From a virus (Duplodnaviria > Caudoviricetes): a DNA stretch of 35,956 bases. Both the position numbers and the translations under genes were made by a program. The notes under the pieces were generated by a model, which was not told the DNA's origin, made no database searches, and worked only from the letters and a program-made list of their open reading frames with translations. How positions within the stretch are numbered: the stretch's first letter is position 1; each line of letters opens with the position of its first letter. The DNA is taken from positions 1-35,956 of IMG/VR virus record IMGVR_UViG_3300012231_000030; one strand, given 5' to 3'. Positions 35,835 to 35,956 of this stretch are shown here, piece by piece.

Positions 35835-35956
35835 TGCCTGTAACCCCTGGCTATTATCGAGACATGGCTGTGGTGGGCAATTCGTTCATGCGACAGTATC
35901 AATGTAAAGCTGGTGGAGTAGCTGTCGATCTGACAGGGCACACGGTCAAATGGCGC
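35834..35956 (+). CDS. Tail/baseplate-type protein, 3'-truncated
   Basis: TAATG coupling; MPVTPG...VGNSF...AVDLTGHTVKW has a BppU-like DLTG motif and stays open to the window end. Confidence 0.5.
   Translation, partial: MPVTPGYYRDMAVVGNSFMRQYQCKAGGVAVDLTGHTVKWR

Noticed and set aside
1-35956. Alternative genetic code, introns or inteins
   Set aside because: Core genes (terL, portal, MCP, polA, helicase, primase) are uninterrupted and of normal length in the standard code, and all three stop codons are used.

Overview
This window is most of the genome of an AT-rich tailed dsDNA phage with P22/SU10-like podovirus organisation, cut within the tail module at both ends. It has five blocks. (i) 1-8555 (+): tail hub (gp10-like), a needle/knob-like protein, a GNAT-like gp14 equivalent and a run of ejection proteins, one carrying an ART-PolyVal-like ADP-ribosyltransferase domain. 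(ii) 8533-19423 (-): replication and nucleotide metabolism, namely SNF2-type helicase, Gp33/Gp34-like pair, PD-(D/E)xK nuclease, family A DNA polymerase (Leu762 type), dCMP deaminase, a thymidylate-synthase-like enzyme with the dCMP-type Asp, a DUF6378-like protein and a MazG-like pyrophosphatase. (iii) 19707-22121 (+): a divergently transcribed primase-helicase. (iv) 22201-26337 (-): small early genes, with an intergenic type II hammerhead ribozyme and a non-coding control region. (v) 26710-end (+): terminases, portal, scaffold, major capsid, small head genes including an Acb2/Tad1-like protein, and an adaptor. I saw no integrase, RNA polymerase, tRNA, CRISPR array or recognisable lysis cassette; tail fibre and lysis genes probably lie outside the window. 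Most interesting: the overlapping pyrimidine operon, the hammerhead ribozyme, two IHF-core loci with different iteron-like arms, a shared promoter box with a phased palindrome, two possibly paralogous winged-helix-like genes, and a CG-free, CTAG-rich segment next to terS. All family calls come from recalled motifs and synteny, not database searches.
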